Of a stretch of 64,000 nt of DNA, positions 17,901 through 27,772 are shown one piece after another. A model generated the notes under the pieces. That model did no database searches and was not told the DNA's origin. It saw only the letters and a list, made by a program, of their open reading frames with translations. The stretch is from Flavobacteriales bacterium. Its GTDB lineage: Bacteria > Bacteroidota > Bacteroidia > UBA10329. The first letter of the stretch is position 1. Every line of letters begins with the position of its first letter. Position numbers and translations under genes: made by a program. Location: assembly GCA_018402015.1 (NCBI GenBank), contig JAGYJL010000001.1:50166-114165 (forward strand). Reading direction: 5' to 3'.

Positions 17901-18908
17901 CTACTTGTTTTGCACAAGGTCATCAACCCATGCTTTACCCCAGTTCTCCTTTTCTTCTGCCGACCACAGTTTTGGAAAGAAAATGCGTTTCATAAAACGT
18001 GGCGGCAGATACTTCTGCCAATTGGTTCCGCCAGTAGCTGGAACACCGTCTTCATCTTTAAGCAGGTAACGAGCAGCCGTTTTGTAATGCTGGAGCGGCC
18101 AGTTTACATTCACATTAAGGTCAAGTTTCTTCAGTTCGGCAATAAGGCCTTCATCATTCCTTTCGTTTTCCGGTAACGCCAGATACTTAGCCCACAGATT
18201 GGTTTGGGAATATCGCAAGGCAAGGCGTATGAGTTGTTCGGAATACTTGTCTTCAAACTGTTTTAGTGTCAGCGTTTTTTTTCCCGTTTCCAGTTCTGTT
18301 GCGCCCGTCTTCCAATAAATGAATTGGAACATTTCGCGAATTCCTGCCTCATCCGAACGTGTATCGGCAAACTTATCTCTATGATCCACATGAACCAGAT
18401 TGTTCAAAGCAGTTGAGCAAATCTCAATCTTACGATATTGAGCACTTTGAAAACCACTGGCCGGCAATAGCGCCATTCTGAAACGGAGAAACTGCTCTTT
18501 TTCCATACCATGTTCCATTACACCATAACTGGTGGTAAGCGCATGGAAATAGGCATTGATTCTTCTAACTCTTTCTTTAAAATATCCAGGCTCCATTTGG
18601 GTTCTCCAACCTTTGTCTTCGCCATTTGGAAGAACATTGCGACCGTTATTGGCAATCTGCTCATACTCGTGCAAAGCCAATCTGAAATACAACTCGGTTA
18701 TCTGATGATAAATGATAAAAATGAGTTCATCAGGAAAATCTGTCCGTGGTTTTTGAAGCGTCATCAACGTATCTACGCCTGTATATTCCCAATACGGCAG
18801 ATAGTTGGAAAGCAGTAATCCATCCAAATAGGAGTTCATGTCTTGCCCCATGTTCTCGTACTTGCTGCGTAATTTTTCTAGTTGATCCTGTAAGAGCTGA
18901 TTATCCAT
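17901..18908 (-). CDS. kynA: tryptophan 2,3-dioxygenase
   Basis: 335 aa. Reads YLDGLLLSNYLPYWEYTGVDTLMTLQ...DELIFIIYHQITELYFRL...GFQSAQYR, typical of the bacterial TDO family. Confidence 0.8.
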   Translation of the reverse strand: MDNQLLQDQLEKLRSKYENMGQDMNSYLDGLLLSNYLPYWEYTGVDTLMTLQKPRTDFPDELIFIIYHQITELYFRLALHEYEQIANNGRNVLPNGEDKGWRTQMEPGYFKERVRRINAYFHALTTSYGVMEHGMEKEQFLRFRMALLPASGFQSAQYRKIEICSTALNNLVHVDHRDKFADTRSDEAGIREMFQFIYWKTGATELETGKKTLTLKQFEDKYSEQLIRLALRYSQTNLWAKYLALPENERNDEGLIAELKKLDLNVNVNWPLQHYKTAARYLLKDEDGVPATGGTNWQKYLPPRFMKRIFFPKLWSAEEKENWGKAWVDDLVQNK

Positions 18909-19018
18909 CTATTTGATTTATCGAGTCCGAAAATAGGCAAATCGAACCCCCGAATAATGATCATGGTCATGAACTCTGGCTGCTACGAATGGTTAATTTG
19001 GCAACCAGATTTGTTGTA

Positions 19019-20359
19019 ATGGAGAAGAAGCAGATAATAATAGGTGCTGGATTGGTGGGTTCGCTACACGCTGTGTACCTAGCAAAACGGGGGGTAAAAG
19101 TGGAGGTTTACGAACGTAGACCCGATATGCGTGCAATCGACATCAGTGCAGGACGTTCCATCAACTTGGCCATTTCTCACCGAGGTTTGAAAGCCCTTGA
19201 CCGTGTTGGATTGAAAGAAAAAGTGCTGGAAATGGTTATTCCAATGCCAGGACGAATGATCCACGATGTGGAAGGCAATACCAATTTTCAGCCGTACGGA
19301 AAAAATGGACAGCATATCAATTCTGTATCCAGAGGAGGATTGAACGCATTACTTATGACCGAGGCCGAAAAAGCGGGGGTAAAAATCCACTTTAACCAGC
19401 GATGCCTTAAAATGAATCTGGAAACTGGAAAAGCTTCTTTCAGAGATGAAAAGTCTGGCGAAACGCAAGACGTTATTGCAGACCATATATATGGTACCGA
19501 TGGTGCTTTCAGCGAAGTGCGTCATGCCATGATGATGACAGACCGGTTCGATTATTCGCAAACCTACCTTAAGCATGGCTACAAGGAACTATCCATTCCG
19601 CCAGCCGAAGATGGTGGTTACCGTATAGAGAAAAACGCCCTGCACATTTGGCCGCGCGGGGGTTACATGCTTATTGCGTTGCCAAACCTCGATGGTAGTT
19701 TCACGGTTACCTTATTTCTTGCTTTTGAAGGAAAATACGCTTTCGAAAAACTGAACACCGAACAAGAGGTGCTCCATTTCTTCAATGAGGTTTTTCCAGA
19801 TGTAGTTCCACATATGCCCACGTTGGTAGAGGATTTCTTCAGTAATCCTACGTCATCGCTTTGTACAGTGCGTTGTTTCCCATGGAAATACAAAGACAAG
19901 GCCGTGATCTTTGGCGATGCATCGCACGCAATTGTTCCGTTTTACGGACAAGGAATGGTTTCCGGATTTGAAGATTGTTACGTTTTCGACCAACTTGCTG
20001 ACGAGTTTTGGAACGATAAGGAAGCATTATTCGATAAGTTCCAACATTCGCGAAAGCCTGATGCAGATGCTATTGCCGATCTGGCATTACGCAACTTCAT
20101 TGAAATGCGCGATCTGGTTGCAGATCCTAAATTCTTACTTCGAAAAAAGATCGAAAAAGCACTTAGCGCAAAGCACCCAGAAAAATGGACACCTCTTTAT
20201 GAAATGGTCACATTCTCAGAAATGCGCTATTCGGAGGCACTTGCACGCGGTAAGGAGCAAGACGGAATCATGGAAGAGGTTCTTTCCTGGAAGGATATTG
20301 AAGACAACTGGGAATCCCCAGCTGTCTTCAGTAAAATCGAAGCGGTTGCTTTGGCCTAA
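19019..20359 (+). CDS. kmo: kynurenine 3-monooxygenase (FAD-dependent)
   Basis: Rossmann motif IIIGAGLVGS, then RSINLAISHRGLKAL...GDASHAIVPFYGQGM. Start taken at MEKKQ (19019) rather than the ORF-track start at 18989. Confidence 0.85.
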   Translation: MEKKQIIIGAGLVGSLHAVYLAKRGVKVEVYERRPDMRAIDISAGRSINLAISHRGLKALDRVGLKEKVLEMVIPMPGRMIHDVEGNTNFQPYGKNGQHINSVSRGGLNALLMTEAEKAGVKIHFNQRCLKMNLETGKASFRDEKSGETQDVIADHIYGTDGAFSEVRHAMMMTDRFDYSQTYLKHGYKELSIPPAEDGGYRIEKNALHIWPRGGYMLIALPNLDGSFTVTLFLAFEGKYAFEKLNTEQEVLHFFNEVFPDVVPHMPTLVEDFFSNPTSSLCTVRCFPWKYKDKAVIFGDASHAIVPFYGQGMVSGFEDCYVFDQLADEFWNDKEALFDKFQHSRKPDADAIADLALRNFIEMRDLVADPKFLLRKKIEKALSAKHPEKWTPLYEMVTFSEMRYSEALARGKEQDGIMEEVLSWKDIEDNWESPAVFSKIEAVALA

Positions 20360-21120
20360 TCTCCGCTGATAATATTTCCGAGCAGGTCGCCACCAAGGCC
20401 AGCAGCGCCTTTACGCTCTCCTTTTCGTTGGAAACGTGCTGCGGCAGAAATTCTATCTGCCAATCTGCTGAATGGTAGACTTTGTAGATACACGGTGCCC
20501 GGCCCGGTAAGGTTTGCGGTAAATAAACCTTCGCCACCGAAAAGCGAATTTCGGAATCCACCAATGAATTGAATGTCATAATCTACGGTTGGAGCAAAGG
20601 CCACCAAGCACCCCGTATCCACCCGAAGCGTTTCTCCGGCTTTAAGATCCTTTTTAATGATGGTACCACCAGCATGGATAAATGCAAGGCCATCGCCTTC
20701 CAAGCGTTGCAGTATGAAACCTTCGCCACCGAACAATCCAGCACCGATTCGCTTCGTGAAAGCCACCTCAATCTCAACGCCTTGGGCAGCACATAGAAAA
20801 CCGTCTTTTTGGCAATAGAACTGTCCGCCTAATTCCTTCAGGTCCAGAGGAATGATCTTGCCCGGATATGGAGCTGCAAACGCCACATGACTTTTGCCTG
20901 CACCGGTATGTAAAAAGGTGGTGATGAAAAAACTCTCGCCCGTTATCAAACGCTTGAATCCTTTGAAAATTCCACCACCCGTGTTGGTCTGCATCTGTAT
21001 GCCGTTTTCCATGTAAAGCATAGCACCAGCTTCTGCCCTTACCGCTTCATTTGGATCGAGTTCAACCTCCACGGCTTGCATATCATCGCCATATATCTTG
21101 TAATCAATTACGTCTGCCAT
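20356..21120 (-). CDS. AIM24 / TIGR00266 family protein
   Basis: Reads YKIYGDDMQAVEVELDPNEAVRAEAGAMLYM...GGEGLF...GPGTVYLQSLP, characteristic of DUF124/AIM24. Confidence 0.85.
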   Translation of the reverse strand: MADVIDYKIYGDDMQAVEVELDPNEAVRAEAGAMLYMENGIQMQTNTGGGIFKGFKRLITGESFFITTFLHTGAGKSHVAFAAPYPGKIIPLDLKELGGQFYCQKDGFLCAAQGVEIEVAFTKRIGAGLFGGEGFILQRLEGDGLAFIHAGGTIIKKDLKAGETLRVDTGCLVAFAPTVDYDIQFIGGFRNSLFGGEGLFTANLTGPGTVYLQSLPFSRLADRISAAARFQRKGERKGAAGLGGDLLGNIISGD

Positions 21121-21206
21121 TATTTCTCTTTTTGGTTTTCGTCAAAGAAAAAGGAGAAAATGAAAAATGAAAAACCTTAGTGCGAGTTTTCACAAACGTT
21201 CACAAT

Positions 21207-21214
21207 TACATTTG
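21207..21214 (+). promoter_or_regulatory. candidate -7 box (TACATTTG) upstream of kdsB
   Basis: Perfect TAnnTTTG match 4 nt before ATG 21219. The same 11-mer AATTACATTTG occurs at 3750-3760. Supports the 21219 start. Confidence 0.4.
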
Positions 21215-21218
21215 CCTT

Positions 21219-21929
21219 ATGACCAACATTGTCGGCATCATTCCTTCGCGTTACGCAAGCACGAGGTTTCCTGCAAAACCATTAGTGGATATTGCTGGGA
21301 AAAGCATGATACAACGGGTTTACGAGCAGGCATCAAAAGCTTCTTCAATCAGTGATGTTATTGTTGCAACAGACGACCAGCGCATTTTCGATCATGTGGA
21401 GGGTTTTGGTGGAACGGTGATAATGACATCATCGGAACATCAGTCGGGCACAGATCGCTGTGCCGAGGTGCTTTCCAAACTGAACAACATAGATGTGGTG
21501 ATCAATATTCAGGGCGATGAGCCATTCATTGAGCCAGAGCAGATCGATCAACTATCGGCATGTTTCGAAAATCCCAACACTCAGATCGCCACACTCATTA
21601 AAAAGATTGAAAACGAAGAAGACCTTTTGAGCGACACAGTAGTGAAGGTGAATCGGACAGATTCGAATGGGGCCATCTATTTCAGCAGAAAACCATTTCA
21701 CGCTTTGAATGAATCTTACAAGCACATCGGCATCTACGCGTACCGTGCGAAGACGCTGAAAATCATTTCCCAACTTCCGCAATCAGCAAACGAATTGGCA
21801 GAAAGATTGGAACAATTACGGTGGTTAGACAATGGTTTCAAGATACAACTTGCTGAAACAGAACACGAAAGCAATTCTGTAGATACCCCCGAAGATCTGC
21901 AGCGACTTTTACGCTCGAGAAACCTATAA
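21219..21929 (+). CDS. kdsB: 3-deoxy-manno-octulosonate cytidylyltransferase (CMP-KDO synthetase)
   Basis: Reads IIPSRYASTRFPAKPL..IAGKSMIQRVYE...GTDR...NIQGDEPFI...VDTPEDL. Confidence 0.9.
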   Translation: MTNIVGIIPSRYASTRFPAKPLVDIAGKSMIQRVYEQASKASSISDVIVATDDQRIFDHVEGFGGTVIMTSSEHQSGTDRCAEVLSKLNNIDVVINIQGDEPFIEPEQIDQLSACFENPNTQIATLIKKIENEEDLLSDTVVKVNRTDSNGAIYFSRKPFHALNESYKHIGIYAYRAKTLKIISQLPQSANELAERLEQLRWLDNGFKIQLAETEHESNSVDTPEDLQRLLRSRNL

Positions 21930-21940
21930 TTTCCCGTACT

Positions 21941-23029
21941 TTGCTGCGTTCCAATTTCATGTTATCTAACCAACTCGGACATATCATTATTGAGCAACTG
22001 CGCGAGCAACCATTGGTTGTTGTGCCTGGCTTCGGTGGCTTTGTAAAAGACCATCTTGGTGCTGAGTTGGATGATATGCGCAATCGCATTTATCCGCCAA
22101 AAAACACGGTTGTTTTCAACTCGCGCCTTTCGCACAACGATGGAATGTTGATTGCGGCTTTTGCCCAGTCGAATGAAGTGGCCTATTCCGATGCAGACAA
22201 GCAACTGACAGATGCCGTTTCAGAACTTCGGTTTAGACTGAATAATGGCGAAACCATTGTTTGGGAAGGACTTGGCGAACTGAAAAAGACAACAGAAGGT
22301 AATATCGAGTTCCGTGCTGTTGCAGTTCCGCAGATTCAGGACGAATTCTTCGGATTGAAGCCAATTGCACTTCGTCAGGTTGAAAAAGACAACGTAGATA
22401 AAGCACGCCAATTGGTAGCGGCCGATGGACCTGTTGTAACGAAGATTCGCACACTTCCGATAAAGCGTATTGCAAGCTATGCTGCTGCAGCTGTTACTGT
22501 TGGTTTTTTGATGTGGATGCCGATACAGAATGGAGCACTGAACAATGGGAAGATGTTAGCGCATCAGTTCAATCCATTTGCTACAACCACAGAATCTGCT
22601 TATGCTTCGCGTCAGTTCAATGAAAATTGGATCGATAAAGGATTTGAACGCAAGGATGTGCTTTCAGAGAAGTATTCTCAGGAGTACATTTCGCTTTATG
22701 TTACCAACAATTCTGACAATGCCATTGTGGTGCGCACAGACGCAGTTCCTTCTACAGAAGTGAATATCGAATCAGTAACACCGGCTAATTCTGCAAAGGA
22801 GACTGCTTCTTCTTACAAAGTGATTGCGGCAACGTTCAAAACCAGATCAGAAGCTGCAGATTACGTTGCAAAAATGATCAAGCGCGGGTTTGGTGCCGAA
22901 TATGCCGGTCAGGCAGCTGAAGGGCATTTGGTGGCTTACGGAACTTACGTTTCGTTGGCAGATGCAAAGAAGATGTTGTCTTCGGTAAGCCTTTCCAATA
23001 AAGAAGCAAGAATCGTTTCAGGAAACTGA
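21941..23029 (+). CDS. SPOR-domain protein with an N-terminal HU-like (CCDC81_bac) domain
   Basis: N-terminus LVVVPGFGGFV; central TM segment; C-terminus YKVIAATFKTRSEAADYVAKMIKRGF...LVAYGTYVSLADAKKML resembles a SPOR domain. Confidence 0.7.
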   Translation: MLRSNFMLSNQLGHIIIEQLREQPLVVVPGFGGFVKDHLGAELDDMRNRIYPPKNTVVFNSRLSHNDGMLIAAFAQSNEVAYSDADKQLTDAVSELRFRLNNGETIVWEGLGELKKTTEGNIEFRAVAVPQIQDEFFGLKPIALRQVEKDNVDKARQLVAADGPVVTKIRTLPIKRIASYAAAAVTVGFLMWMPIQNGALNNGKMLAHQFNPFATTTESAYASRQFNENWIDKGFERKDVLSEKYSQEYISLYVTNNSDNAIVVRTDAVPSTEVNIESVTPANSAKETASSYKVIAATFKTRSEAADYVAKMIKRGFGAEYAGQAAEGHLVAYGTYVSLADAKKMLSSVSLSNKEARIVSGN

Positions 23030-23614
23030 TTCGTCTTTCTTCTCCTCTTCCAGTACTTCATTCTTTTTGCGTGCCTTGCCGTACAACTTAACGGCCAGCA
23101 TCATAACAACCGAAAGCATAATGAGGCTGCCTAGGCCCCAGATCCAAGTAACGGAGTTTTTCATAACCACCACAAACACAATTCCGAACAGGAAAAGCGT
23201 AGCAACTTCGTTCCAGATACGCAGTTTAGTGGAACCCCAGGTTTCCTGATCGTTCTGAAATTTCCGAAATATCTTGTGGCAGTAGAGTTGGTAGAAAAAG
23301 AGACCGCCAACCATCGCAAACTTTACATGCATCCATGGTTGCAACCAATAATTGAACTCGTAAACCAACCAAAAACCGAAAACGAATGTGATAATGGCAG
23401 ATGGCCATGTGATGATGTACCACAAGCGCCATTCCATCAACTTGTACTGCTTTTCTAAGATGCTACGCGCAGGTTCTTGCTTACCTCTTGCCTCGGCATG
23501 GTAGATGAACAAACGCACAATGTAGAACAGACCGGCAAACCATGTGGTAACGAAAATGATGTGCAGCGCCTTTATATAAAGGATGTTGAATTCGAGGTTC
23601 GATAAAAATTCCAT
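23018..23614 (-). CDS. hemJ: protoporphyrinogen IX oxidase HemJ (CopD-like, TIGR00701)
   Basis: Reads IKALHIIFVTTWFAGLFYIVRLFIYH, with four TM helices in about 198 aa. Confidence 0.78.
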   Translation of the reverse strand: MEFLSNLEFNILYIKALHIIFVTTWFAGLFYIVRLFIYHAEARGKQEPARSILEKQYKLMEWRLWYIITWPSAIITFVFGFWLVYEFNYWLQPWMHVKFAMVGGLFFYQLYCHKIFRKFQNDQETWGSTKLRIWNEVATLFLFGIVFVVVMKNSVTWIWGLGSLIMLSVVMMLAVKLYGKARKKNEVLEEEKKDESVS

Positions 23615-23626
23615 GTGGTAAATGTA

Positions 23627-24679
23627 TCAATCGTGCTTGGCTCCTTCTCTGTTATGGCGCCTTATTTCGGCACGTATTTCAGAGAATGATGCGTAAGGCA
23701 CGCCATTTTCATGATTAGCAATGCTGATATCGGCAATACGTTTCCAATGTTTGAACAGATCGCGCCAAGCAAGAAAAATAGAACGGCCAGGATGGAATAT
23801 ATGGCACGGTTCGGAGTTAACACCATTCACTTCAATCACCTTGAATCGTCCTTGCTTAAGCGCATCGATAGACGCTGTTCGAAGGTCGAAACGACCAATG
23901 TGAAACCCTGGAATACGTTTGGATAGGTTATCAAAAACGGTTTCCAGATCAGCAGATATAAGGTGATTTCCATTCAAAAACGTGGTTCCCAGCATGTGGT
24001 TACCAATGTTCACAATCCGAAGTTTCTCACCAACTGCAAGCACATCATTCAGTCTGCCAGCAAACCGTTTAACATGAATCTTATAACTGAATCGGGTTCG
24101 TTGATTGGCAAGTATCAGTTCAAGCAAGGTACTTTTTCCATCTCCTGTTACCGAAGGAAAATCTTTAAGAACTATTGAGGTGATCCTTCCTTTCTGCTCA
24201 TTAGGATGTCGGCTATACATTACGCCAAGTTCCATTGGCAGGTCTTCGTAAACCTGAAGTAGCATCCGCTCTTTTGCCGTATCCACCGATTGCGTCAACT
24301 CATCTTCGGTTCTTAAGATCTTTACGCCTTTTCCGCGTTCTCCCATATCGGGTTTAATAATGAGCGGGAACTGCATTTCCATGTTCTTGACCTTGGCAAT
24401 AATTTCTGAGGATGAATCGCTCACCTCCACAAATACGGTCTTAGGCAAATACTCATCCGGAACTAGTTTAGTGACATCTGTTTTGGAATAGGCGACCAGA
24501 CCACCGAAGCGCATGCAAGGATTGGCAGCGCTGAAAAAGACCCAACCGCGCGCCCTGATTGCCAAAAAGAACCATAAAACTGCTACTGGAACATAAACGA
24601 TTTGCCAGGGCCAAAACTCCCAGCGTACCAAGCGCTGCAACCAGATGTGCAATCGCTTAAGGGTAGGCACCGCGTTCAT
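23627..24679 (-). CDS. membrane-anchored ATP-grasp domain protein
   Basis: N-terminal TM helix, then FPLIIKPDMGERGKGV...EVNG, an ATP-grasp-like core. Substrate unknown. Confidence 0.6.
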   Translation of the reverse strand: MNAVPTLKRLHIWLQRLVRWEFWPWQIVYVPVAVLWFFLAIRARGWVFFSAANPCMRFGGLVAYSKTDVTKLVPDEYLPKTVFVEVSDSSSEIIAKVKNMEMQFPLIIKPDMGERGKGVKILRTEDELTQSVDTAKERMLLQVYEDLPMELGVMYSRHPNEQKGRITSIVLKDFPSVTGDGKSTLLELILANQRTRFSYKIHVKRFAGRLNDVLAVGEKLRIVNIGNHMLGTTFLNGNHLISADLETVFDNLSKRIPGFHIGRFDLRTASIDALKQGRFKVIEVNGVNSEPCHIFHPGRSIFLAWRDLFKHWKRIADISIANHENGVPYASFSEIRAEIRRHNREGAKHD

Positions 24680-24694
24680 AACTAAGTAATTGAA

Positions 24695-25204
24695 CTACTG
24701 ATCTCGGTAGGCAAGAGTAGAATACGCAACTCCGAAAGCTTCTTCCAAATGGAAGGCCTCATCGACATCCTTGACAAGGACACGAACAAGTGCCATGTGA
24801 TGAATGGCATGCTCGAGCACGTAGAAAAGTTCGCGAAGCAAAGAAGACGGCAAATTAACCGTGCCCATTTCGGAAGGTACTTCTGCCCTCAGCAAAAGCT
24901 CGCGATCGGTGCTAAACATTCTTAATTGATCAGAAATAGCTGCAATTACCACACGGGCATGATCAGCACTTGACTCGATAAGAATATCTCGCTTTCGTTG
25001 GTCATAATCAACAACATCTGTTGCTGCAAATAAACACTGATAGAACTCTAAGGTGTGCCGTACGTGCTGACCAACAGATGCTTTTGCTTTATGGTTGTGG
25101 TGCGTGTAAAGTTTTTGATCGATGCGCGATAGCACATCGTCCAAACGGCCAAGGGTTTCTAAATTGAGCCGAAGTAACGGTTGTATACTACCAGCAGTTA
25201 CCAT
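24695..25204 (-). CDS. DinB-like four-helix metalloprotein (weak call)
   Basis: His motifs VGQHVRHTLEFY and EHAIHHMAL are spaced as in the DinB_2 family. 169 aa. Confidence 0.5.
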   Translation of the reverse strand: MVTAGSIQPLLRLNLETLGRLDDVLSRIDQKLYTHHNHKAKASVGQHVRHTLEFYQCLFAATDVVDYDQRKRDILIESSADHARVVIAAISDQLRMFSTDRELLLRAEVPSEMGTVNLPSSLLRELFYVLEHAIHHMALVRVLVKDVDEAFHLEEAFGVAYSTLAYRDQ

Positions 25205-26073
25205 TCGTAAGCAACACCCAAGTTATAGCTCGGAGTTGCGGCTACCATTCTGCCCATTCCGAAGTAAACGGCTGCATTCAAATGCACTTTCTTGATCTTC
25301 TGAATGAATTTCAACCCGTATCCCACATATTGCTGATTGTTCGGGTAAAGCGAAGTGTGAAGATCTCTTCCGTTAGGATGAAATGGAGTGACATTGTTGT
25401 CCAACGAACCCTCACCAACGGTAAATCTACCGGCAACATTGGCAATGAAATATGTTTTCTGATTCCAAGAGAAACCTAGCTCAAAGTTGAAATCTATCTC
25501 ATCGCTGTAGTCTTTCAACCTTACACGGTAACCTGCATCAAGCAGTGTATAGAATTTCCCTTGATAGAACGTGGTTCCTGTACTTAGATATGGGTGAATA
25601 ACAAACGTGCTTGGGCCAGTTCGCAGCGTTGTTAAAGAATCGAATTTGGCCACATTGGCTTCGGCATTCAATCCAGCACTGAACAGTACTCGTTTGTTAA
25701 TGATGTTGTACTTGAAGCCAAGCATAACGTTATTCAATCCGAAAAGGCTGCCAGATGGAACCGTATCGGTAAAATAAGAAGTGTCTGCGCTGGCAATAGC
25801 CGAACTGGTAGAAACGTATTTGAACGGTAAATTGGCTGTCATTGTAAGCCTATCGGTAAGTCCAAAATCAATATACAGTTGCGAAGTGAAATCAGTCACA
25901 TTCCTTCTTAGGTCAACTACTTTTCCTTCGTGATTGAAAAGTTTGTTATAGCCAACGTAAGTGAAGCCAAGCTGTGCGTAACCGCTATTTTTCTTACGAG
26001 GCCACGGTCCGCCTGCAAAGGCAGACTGAAATAAGGAAGTAAATAGGAGAACGAGCGTTAATGATCTTATCAT
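25198..26073 (-). CDS. outer-membrane beta-barrel protein, hypothetical
   Basis: Signal peptide, alternating aromatic/hydrophobic beta-strand pattern, C-terminus ...LGVAYEW. Confidence 0.55.
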   Translation of the reverse strand: MIRSLTLVLLFTSLFQSAFAGGPWPRKKNSGYAQLGFTYVGYNKLFNHEGKVVDLRRNVTDFTSQLYIDFGLTDRLTMTANLPFKYVSTSSAIASADTSYFTDTVPSGSLFGLNNVMLGFKYNIINKRVLFSAGLNAEANVAKFDSLTTLRTGPSTFVIHPYLSTGTTFYQGKFYTLLDAGYRVRLKDYSDEIDFNFELGFSWNQKTYFIANVAGRFTVGEGSLDNNVTPFHPNGRDLHTSLYPNNQQYVGYGLKFIQKIKKVHLNAAVYFGMGRMVAATPSYNLGVAYEW

Positions 26074-26145
26074 ACTGCTGGTTTAACAGATGTAACAAAT
26101 GTAGGAAACCCAATTTTTGTACGAGCCGCCCGTACGACAATAATA

Positions 26146-26739
26146 CTACTTGAAGTTCTGAAACTTGCTCATCTTATTCATGTGGATGAGTTTTCCGAAG
26201 TAATTACCCATGTTAACAGCCAAAGAAAGGCAATGGGTGTTGTAGCCATTTCCTTGCAGACTGTAGTGAAACATGTACCGAATGGTTAGACTTCCTTTGA
26301 AGAACCAGGTGCGTGCCGAAACAGTGGAAACAAAGCCAGTACCGACCCTGCTACCATTTACCTGAGCGCCATATCCTGCTCCAAGAGACATACCAATGTT
26401 GGATCGGAAATCGCGTGTGGAATAATGACCCAGATTTGCTTCTAGCACGGCCGGAATGTGCCCGTAAAAAAATGTTTCTTCAATCCATGAGTCTTTAATG
26501 TGCACGCCCAGAGTAACGGGCATTGTGGCTGCCAACGAAAAATCTGCATACTTGTTAATGATGTTTACCTGCGGATTATAAAATAGCCCGAATGCCGGAC
26601 TTACATTCTCGTTTACATGCAAGAGATGCACCGAAGCTCCTATGGAATTTCTCCAACGGTCTTTAAAGGTCCACTTCTTTTGAGCAAATGAAACGGAAGG
26701 CAGTAAAACCACTGCTATGAAGAATAACGTGCGATTCAA
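26146..26739 (-). CDS. hypothetical exported (beta-barrel-like) protein
   Basis: Signal peptide (LLPSVSFAQ). 197 aa, Gly/aromatic rich. Confidence 0.5.
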   Translation of the reverse strand: MNRTLFFIAVVLLPSVSFAQKKWTFKDRWRNSIGASVHLLHVNENVSPAFGLFYNPQVNIINKYADFSLAATMPVTLGVHIKDSWIEETFFYGHIPAVLEANLGHYSTRDFRSNIGMSLGAGYGAQVNGSRVGTGFVSTVSARTWFFKGSLTIRYMFHYSLQGNGYNTHCLSLAVNMGNYFGKLIHMNKMSKFQNFK

Positions 26740-26785
26740 GGTTTAGGCTTTAGTCGTTGCCTACAACGAAAGCTACAGGGAATTG

Positions 26786-27772
26786 TTACCTATTCCGCTC
26801 TGCCAATGGGTTCTTCGATGAACTACCTAGCCAGGTTCTGAGCAGATTCCTGAACGGATTTACGAGGTTCTTTACCACCGAATCGTAGTCTTTAACCTCC
26901 TCTTTCCCTATTCCGAACTGAACCGAATCTACATTTTCTGACCTTACCAAGGTACCGAACATCCAATCCCAGATGGCCAACTTTGAACCCATGTTGGTGT
27001 TGAAGTGATCCTCCTTGTCGCTATGATGGATCTGATGCTGAAACGGACTGATGAAGATATACTCCACCCAATTGTAATAGCGAAGCGGGATATGTGAATG
27101 ACGCAGATTAGAGCCAAAGAAAAGAAAGGCGAAACTCAACACGTTAGCTCCGATCAGCGTAACTTCTTCTATGGGATGAGCGGACATGTATCTGAACACA
27201 CCGGTTACCAAACCAAGAATAAGTGTTGCTTTTGCATTATTGATAACCAGCTCTACCGGGTGAATTCGGTACTGAGTTACCGGATTGAGCTGAGTAGCCG
27301 AATGATGAACCTTATGGAACTCCCACAGTGCAGGCACACGATGCATCAGGAAATGAATAATATACGTGCTCAGATCCATCATTATGGTAAGTACAATTGT
27401 ATACAACACGATGGTTGCTGTAGATGAAAGACCCTGGGACGGGTAACCGAACCACTGCGGTAAAAGTGCTTCTAGTTGATAGGACAGATAGAAGCCGAAA
27501 ACCAGATAAGGCCCAATTAGAAACACTTTAAAGAACGAATTAAAGAAGACCAGACCGTAATCGACAAATGCAGAACGGCTTAGCCAAACTTCTTTCTTGA
27601 ATACATAGGCGAAGAATGATTCTTTGAAATTCGCTCTTCTATAAACGAAATAAGCCAACCCGAATGATGAAAATAGATACAGTAAATGCAACCGACTATT
27701 TGAATCGACAAACATTTGAATAGGCATGCGCAAAGCCTCAACAACTCCTTGATATGCCTGAATCAGTGTCAT
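26786..27772 (-). CDS. fatty acid hydroxylase / sterol desaturase family protein
   Basis: Multi-TM protein with His boxes HFLMHR, HKVHHS and HQIHHSD. Confidence 0.8.
   Translation of the reverse strand: MTLIQAYQGVVEALRMPIQMFVDSNSRLHLLYLFSSFGLAYFVYRRANFKESFFAYVFKKEVWLSRSAFVDYGLVFFNSFFKVFLIGPYLVFGFYLSYQLEALLPQWFGYPSQGLSSTATIVLYTIVLTIMMDLSTYIIHFLMHRVPALWEFHKVHHSATQLNPVTQYRIHPVELVINNAKATLILGLVTGVFRYMSAHPIEEVTLIGANVLSFAFLFFGSNLRHSHIPLRYYNWVEYIFISPFQHQIHHSDKEDHFNTNMGSKLAIWDWMFGTLVRSENVDSVQFGIGKEEVKDYDSVVKNLVNPFRNLLRTWLGSSSKNPLAERNR

Noticed and set aside
20328-20796. Small ORFs on both strands lie within the AIM24-family gene region.
   Set aside because: They overlap a clean 254-aa CDS with a strong family signature and have no independent support.
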